A stretch of DNA of 64,000 nt, taken from contig DUMO01000064.1 of assembly GCA_012839865.1 (NCBI GenBank), positions 1-64,000 of the forward strand, given 5' to 3'. The notes below the pieces were generated by a model, which worked only from the letters and a program-made list of their open reading frames with translations, had not been told where the DNA came from and ran no database searches. Position numbers and translations under genes: made by a program. This DNA is from Clostridiaceae bacterium (GTDB taxonomy: Bacteria > Bacillota > Clostridia > CAYPLH01 > DUMO01). Below are positions 59,678-64,000 of this stretch, piece by piece. The stretch's first letter is position 1, and each line of letters begins with the position of its first letter.

Positions 59678-60652
59678 CTACCTGCTAATTATCTCTGCAT
59701 ATACCAGTGTTTGGTTAAGTAATTGGTAAGCTACTTCTCCAAAAGTTACCGGGCCTGCAAATGGAGGTGTCGCTTTACCGTCAAGCTCACCATAAAGGTA
59801 ATTAAGAATACAGTTACATGAAAAAATTGGGTTGACATTCTTTATCCCTTGCAATTTTTCCTTAAAGCTTGCAGCATAATTACTGACTGGGCACGCAAAA
59901 CGATATTCCTTTCCTGCAAATACAGGAGCATAAAACTCTACCGTTTTGTTTTCTTCAGATACTGATTTAATTGACACATTTACCGGTACGCTATTGTAAT
60001 CAGCAACCAAAGGTAATTGGGTATCAATTTTATTATCGGATATGTAATCTGATAATACTACTTCTTTTCCATTAACAAGACAATTCTTTACCGATAGAGC
60101 ATCCTCAGTAAATTCAATTTTTATATCATTCTCATTAGCATTAAAAATATTTACAATACCAAAGGAAGCTATTTTATCATCTGGTAAGCATATGTGTAAT
60201 GCAACTGCTTTGTCACCATAGGATAAGCCATTAACACCATCATAAACTCTCGCAAACGAACCTGTTGAGAGGTCGAAACCCGAAATCCAGCCAATGATTG
60301 GGTTCATAAATAAATCACTTATATTTGGAGCTTCTTTGGCATAAAATGCTGCAACATCACTTGCATAAGGCATTATTAGGAAAGCCAATCCATTAGGATA
60401 TGCATCTTTTGTTATATTAAAAATACTATTCTTGTCGTACACCACGGTTTTAAAATCAACTGCACAAGATATTTCATTGACAAATAATCTATCTTTGCTG
60501 GTAATGCCACCTTGCTCCGTAATAAAATATGGAGTGGTGCCTGCAACCCAATTGCCCTTAGGTAATTGTTTCAACAAGGACTCATCAGCTGCAATATGTA
60601 GAATTTTACCTTCAAGAATTAATTTCGTTGTTTCATCAAGATTTACAAACAT
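59678..60652 (-). CDS. DUF6976 family protein (FIST-like)
   Basis: LHIAADESLLKQLPKGNWVAGTTPYF, SCNCILNYLY, GPVTFGEVAYQLLNQT. Confidence 0.8.
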   Translation of the reverse strand: MFVNLDETTKLILEGKILHIAADESLLKQLPKGNWVAGTTPYFITEQGGITSKDRLFVNEISCAVDFKTVVYDKNSIFNITKDAYPNGLAFLIMPYASDVAAFYAKEAPNISDLFMNPIIGWISGFDLSTGSFARVYDGVNGLSYGDKAVALHICLPDDKIASFGIVNIFNANENDIKIEFTEDALSVKNCLVNGKEVVLSDYISDNKIDTQLPLVADYNSVPVNVSIKSVSEENKTVEFYAPVFAGKEYRFACPVSNYAASFKEKLQGIKNVNPIFSCNCILNYLYGELDGKATPPFAGPVTFGEVAYQLLNQTLVYAEIISR

Positions 60653-60667
60653 ACTCTTCAACCTCCT

Positions 60668-60910
60668 ATAACTTCTTTATTTCTTCGAGATCTTTTTCCA
60701 TTATTGAAGCATATTTTTCAAAAAAGCTTTCATTTCTTGTAAGCAACTTTCAAGTTCTGCCGGTGACTGATTAGCTGAGTATTTTCTCTGTAACCTGGCT
60801 ATTAACAGGTTTAAGCCCAGGATAGCTGATTCGTGCTTTGCCTGCTTCTTAATTAGTTTCTCAAACTTTAATTCCAATTCTTTCACAAATATCTGCTCTC
60901 CTCTCTTCAC
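60668..60910 (-). CDS. Small hypothetical protein, probably frameshifted in a T6 run
   Basis: The track ORF ends at 60701. One extra T extends it as AFFEKYASIMEKDLEEIKKL* to the RBS of the DUF6976 gene. Confidence 0.55.
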
Positions 60911-61063
60911 TTGTTTGGTGTGATTCTAACCATAATCGTTACTCTGACCTTGTAGCAAAATCCGACATACTACTTTTTAATAATATAATATTTTCCTTTA
61001 TTCGCTATGATAATCATATACCTATTATAAGCACCTGGCAATATGTTTAAGCTGCATACTTTC

Positions 61064-61210
61064 TTATTGGCAAGGTCGTGGCAGGATATCCTGAATATGC
61101 CCGAGGGGGATCGAAGTAATTCTAGTCTGCTTCAATGTCTGAACAGTAACAAGAATATTACAGGCAGGAATCGAATTTATGGATTTTTGTATGCGCTCAT
61201 AGTAGTTCAT
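61064..61210 (-). pseudogene. Stub with an AraC-like N-terminus
   Basis: AAGGAG RBS, then MNYYERIQKSI and unrelated sequence. Confidence 0.35.
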
Positions 61211-61303
61211 TTCGGAGTACTCCTTGAATATTTATTTTAAAAACAAGAAAATAATACCATTAACAAACTATTAATGTACGACTTTTTCTCCAAAAGTTTA
61301 AGT

Positions 61304-62629
61304 TTACGGGGTCACCCGGTTTATATCTCTTGGAAATAAGCACGCATTTCGTATATTAGGAAGTCCCAGAAGCTTCATGGTCAACCGCTCCAGTCCCGCC
61401 CCCAACCCTCCATGGGGTGGCATGCCATATTTGTGTATCATCAGGTATGATTCAAATTCTTCAGGATTCATACCTCGTCTGAGCATCTTATCAACCTGCT
61501 CATTATAGTCATGAATACGCTGCCCTCCGGTAGTTACCTCAAGTCCGTTATATAAAAGGTCGAAGCTGAGGGTGAAATTCGGGTCCTCCCTGTCATCCAT
61601 GGCATAAAATGGCCTTTTTGATGAGGGGTAATGGGTTACAAATATAAAGTCGCTGCCATACTTCTTTTTTGCATACTCACAAAGCAGTTGTTCTTCTTCC
61701 GGTTCGAAATCTTCATAATCAGTAATTCTCCTGTTAAATTCAGCGGCAATAATGCTCTTGGCATCCATAAATTTTATTGCAGGGATTGCTTCAATCCTGG
61801 GAACTGTGGCGTTCAACAGCTTCAATTCATAGCTGTATTCCAACTCCAGCAAACTGAATATATACTTTAAAACTCCGACTTCCATCTGCATTATATCGGT
61901 GAAGTCATTTATGAAACCCATCTCGAAATCCATGCTGACATATTCATTAAGGTGCCGGCAGGTATCATGCTTTTCTGCCCTGTACACAGGTGCTACCTCA
62001 AACACCCTTTCAAACACCCCTACCATCATTTGTTTGTAAAATTGCGGGCTTTGAGCCAGGTATACCTGCTTGCCAAAATAATCCAATTTGAATATGTTGG
62101 CTCCTCCCTCTGCACCTGCAAAGACTATTTTCGGAGTTCGGATTTCAGTGAAATTTTGCTTGAGAAGGTACTCACGAAAGCCCCTTGCTATACCTTCCTG
62201 TATCTTAAAAATGGCTCTTTCGCGTGGATTTCTGAGGGATATAGGCCGGTACGCCAGGTTTGTGTCAAGGGAGATGTCAAGTTGCTTTCTGTTAATTACT
62301 ATTGGCAGGTTTTCCACTGGCCTTGACAACACTTTAATGTTTATAATGTGGACCTCTGCTCCATAAGCGACCCTGGAATCAAGTACCACCTCACCTTCTA
62401 CGATAACACAACTGCCTTCGACAATAGAGTCCAAATCAAATTGAGCCTTGTCCCGTGTGTACACACATTGCATCAATTCTCTTCCGGTCCGCAGGATTAC
62501 AAAGGAAAATCCACTCATCTCTCTTATCCTGTGTATTATCCCGCTGATTTTTATTGTTTTGCCCGCATATTGATGCAATCCGGACAACTCAATTGCCGAT
62601 TTATTCTGCATTTCGGTAATATACTCCAT
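61304..62629 (-). CDS. aspS: Aspartate--tRNA(Asp/Asn) ligase, short non-discriminating type
   Basis: YLAQSPQFYKQ, YRAEKHDT.RHLNEY, GLEVTTGGQR, GMPPHGG.G.GLER; Asp T-box upstream. Confidence 0.93.
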   Translation of the reverse strand: MEYITEMQNKSAIELSGLHQYAGKTIKISGIIHRIREMSGFSFVILRTGRELMQCVYTRDKAQFDLDSIVEGSCVIVEGEVVLDSRVAYGAEVHIINIKVLSRPVENLPIVINRKQLDISLDTNLAYRPISLRNPRERAIFKIQEGIARGFREYLLKQNFTEIRTPKIVFAGAEGGANIFKLDYFGKQVYLAQSPQFYKQMMVGVFERVFEVAPVYRAEKHDTCRHLNEYVSMDFEMGFINDFTDIMQMEVGVLKYIFSLLELEYSYELKLLNATVPRIEAIPAIKFMDAKSIIAAEFNRRITDYEDFEPEEEQLLCEYAKKKYGSDFIFVTHYPSSKRPFYAMDDREDPNFTLSFDLLYNGLEVTTGGQRIHDYNEQVDKMLRRGMNPEEFESYLMIHKYGMPPHGGLGAGLERLTMKLLGLPNIRNACLFPRDINRVTP

Positions 62630-62678
62630 AACAATCCACCTTTCATTGCGATAATATTTATAAGAAGCACACCATAAT

Positions 62679-62905
62679 AAAAAAAGCCTCCCATCTCAGA
62701 ATTGCTTCCGGGACGAGAGGCTTGTTCACGTGGTGCCACCCAGATTAAATGCTGCATTTGCCGATATAACTCCGGTATCATGAAACATTCATCTCAAAGT
62801 ATCTAACGCATACCTGCGGGTCAGCTTACTCACATTGCCATGTTTTCCTCCGACCAACTCCGAGGTGTCTTTCTCTTGCCCGTTCCCGAAAGCACTTTCA
62901 GCATA
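62679..62905 (-). ncRNA. T-box riboswitch (Asp specifier), 5' part missing
   Basis: T-box GGGUGGCACCACG, terminator GCCUCUCGUC..GAUGGGAGGC with U run, GAC specifier at 62869-62867, GCUGAAAG stem I motif at the truncated edge. Confidence 0.85.
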
Positions 62906-64000
62906 CGTGCTAAGAGACATGACATCGGAGCATGGTGCATTTTTCTCCGCAGAGGATGCCGATTCCGAAGGTGTGGAAGGAAAATTCTACGTATGGAGGC
63001 CGGAAGAAGTAAAAAATGTATTAGGCAATGAGGACGGGGAGCTGTTCTGCAAAACCTATGATATCAACCACAAGGAGAATTTTGAAGGAGCAAGCATTCC
63101 CAACCTTATTGATTCTTCAATTGACGAGTCAAAAAAGGATTTCTTTGCAAACTGCAGGAAAAAGCTTTTCATGCACCGGGAAAAAAGGATACACCCCCAT
63201 AAAGATGATAAAATTCTGACTGCCTGGAACGGCTTGATGATTGCAGCTTTGGCCACTGGCGGAAGAGTGCTGAAATGCAATGAATACACAGAAGCCGCAA
63301 AAAAGGCGGCAGCTTTTATATTAAAAAACCTGGTCGATGAAAACGGTCGCCTCCTTGCCCGCTACAGGGATGGTGATGCTGCCTGCAAGGCATATATTGA
63401 TGATTATGCATTTTTAGCATGGGGACTTATAGAACTGTACCAGGCGACTTTTGAGCCGGAGTACCTGGAAAAGGCACTCAAGTTAACCGAGGATTCAATC
63501 AATCTTTTCTGGGACCATACAGGCAAGGGATTTTTCCTTTACGGAAACGACAGCGAGGAACTTATCATACGGCCTAAGGAAATTTATGACGGAGCCATGC
63601 CTTCAGGAAATTCCGTCAGTGCAATGAATCTTATAAAACTTGCCAGGCTGACTGGAAAATATAATTTGGAAGAGTATGCAGAGGATATCTTCAAGGCATT
63701 TTCCGGATCAATTTCACTTGCACCGGCAAGTCATTCTTTTGCGCTTTGTGCCTATATGTTTATGAGACACCCGGCAAAAGAACTGGTTATTGCCGGAACT
63801 AAAGACAAGCATGATACGGAAACCATGATCGATGCAATCCGTGAAGGATACAAACCTTTTAACAACTCACTTTACTACTCGCAAATGTACCCGGAACTTG
63901 TGAAGCTGGTTCCCTTTATAGAAAATTACAAGCCAATCGATGGAAAAACTACGGTGTATATATGCGAAAATTTCGCCTGCATGGCTCCAATCACAGACCC
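62901..64000 (+). pseudogene. YyaL/SPATA20-like (DUF255 thioredoxin) protein, C-terminal half only; runs off the window
   Basis: Open frame AYVLRDMTSEHGAFFSAEDADSEGVEGKFYVW..HPHKDDKILTAWNGLMI..PSGNS..YICENFAC; thioredoxin N-terminus absent. Confidence 0.85.

Noticed and set aside
62840..63289. Short track ORFs in this interval
   Set aside because: Alternative frames of the open yyaL-like frame, which the track missed because it has no stop in the window

Overview
This looks like chromosomal DNA from an endospore-forming clostridium (sigH, spore cortex hydrolase, addBA, T-box, preQ1 and PyrR elements); an Acetivibrio/Ruminiclostridium-like host is an inference. Layout: (1) 1-12.4 kb accessory region, mostly minus strand, with a HIT / PLD-SF2-helicase / MazG-like cassette resembling SauUSI-type restriction, several gene remnants, and a promoter-driven ~225-nt structured RNA I cannot assign. 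(2) tRNA-Thr(GGT) to tRNA-Gly(CCC): sugar catabolism and ABC uptake (enolase-superfamily enzyme, ceramidase-like hydrolase, AraC sensor, DUF1861 phosphorylase), queT with a preQ1 riboswitch, and a collapsed potA-potD remnant. (3) Housekeeping block: sigH, yacP, rlmB, mrnC, nrdGD, a queG-like gene, split metH, and addBA flanked by two inverted copies of a ~205-bp palindromic element. (4) Spore genes, an unannotated 40-aa AgrD-type peptide with a kinase-less membrane protein and an XRE regulator, znuACB with a Zur-like box, uraA with a PyrR attenuator, TM1266 plus a NitT/TauT ABC transporter behind an unassigned attenuator, an istB remnant, DUF6976, aspS with a truncated T-box, and a 5'-truncated yyaL-like gene. 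Abrupt deletion or fusion junctions recur across the window. Best candidates for new biology are the HIT-PLD/helicase-MazG cassette, the structured RNA at 7681-7906, and the orphan agrD module. All family assignments come from motif recognition by eye; no database searches were run.
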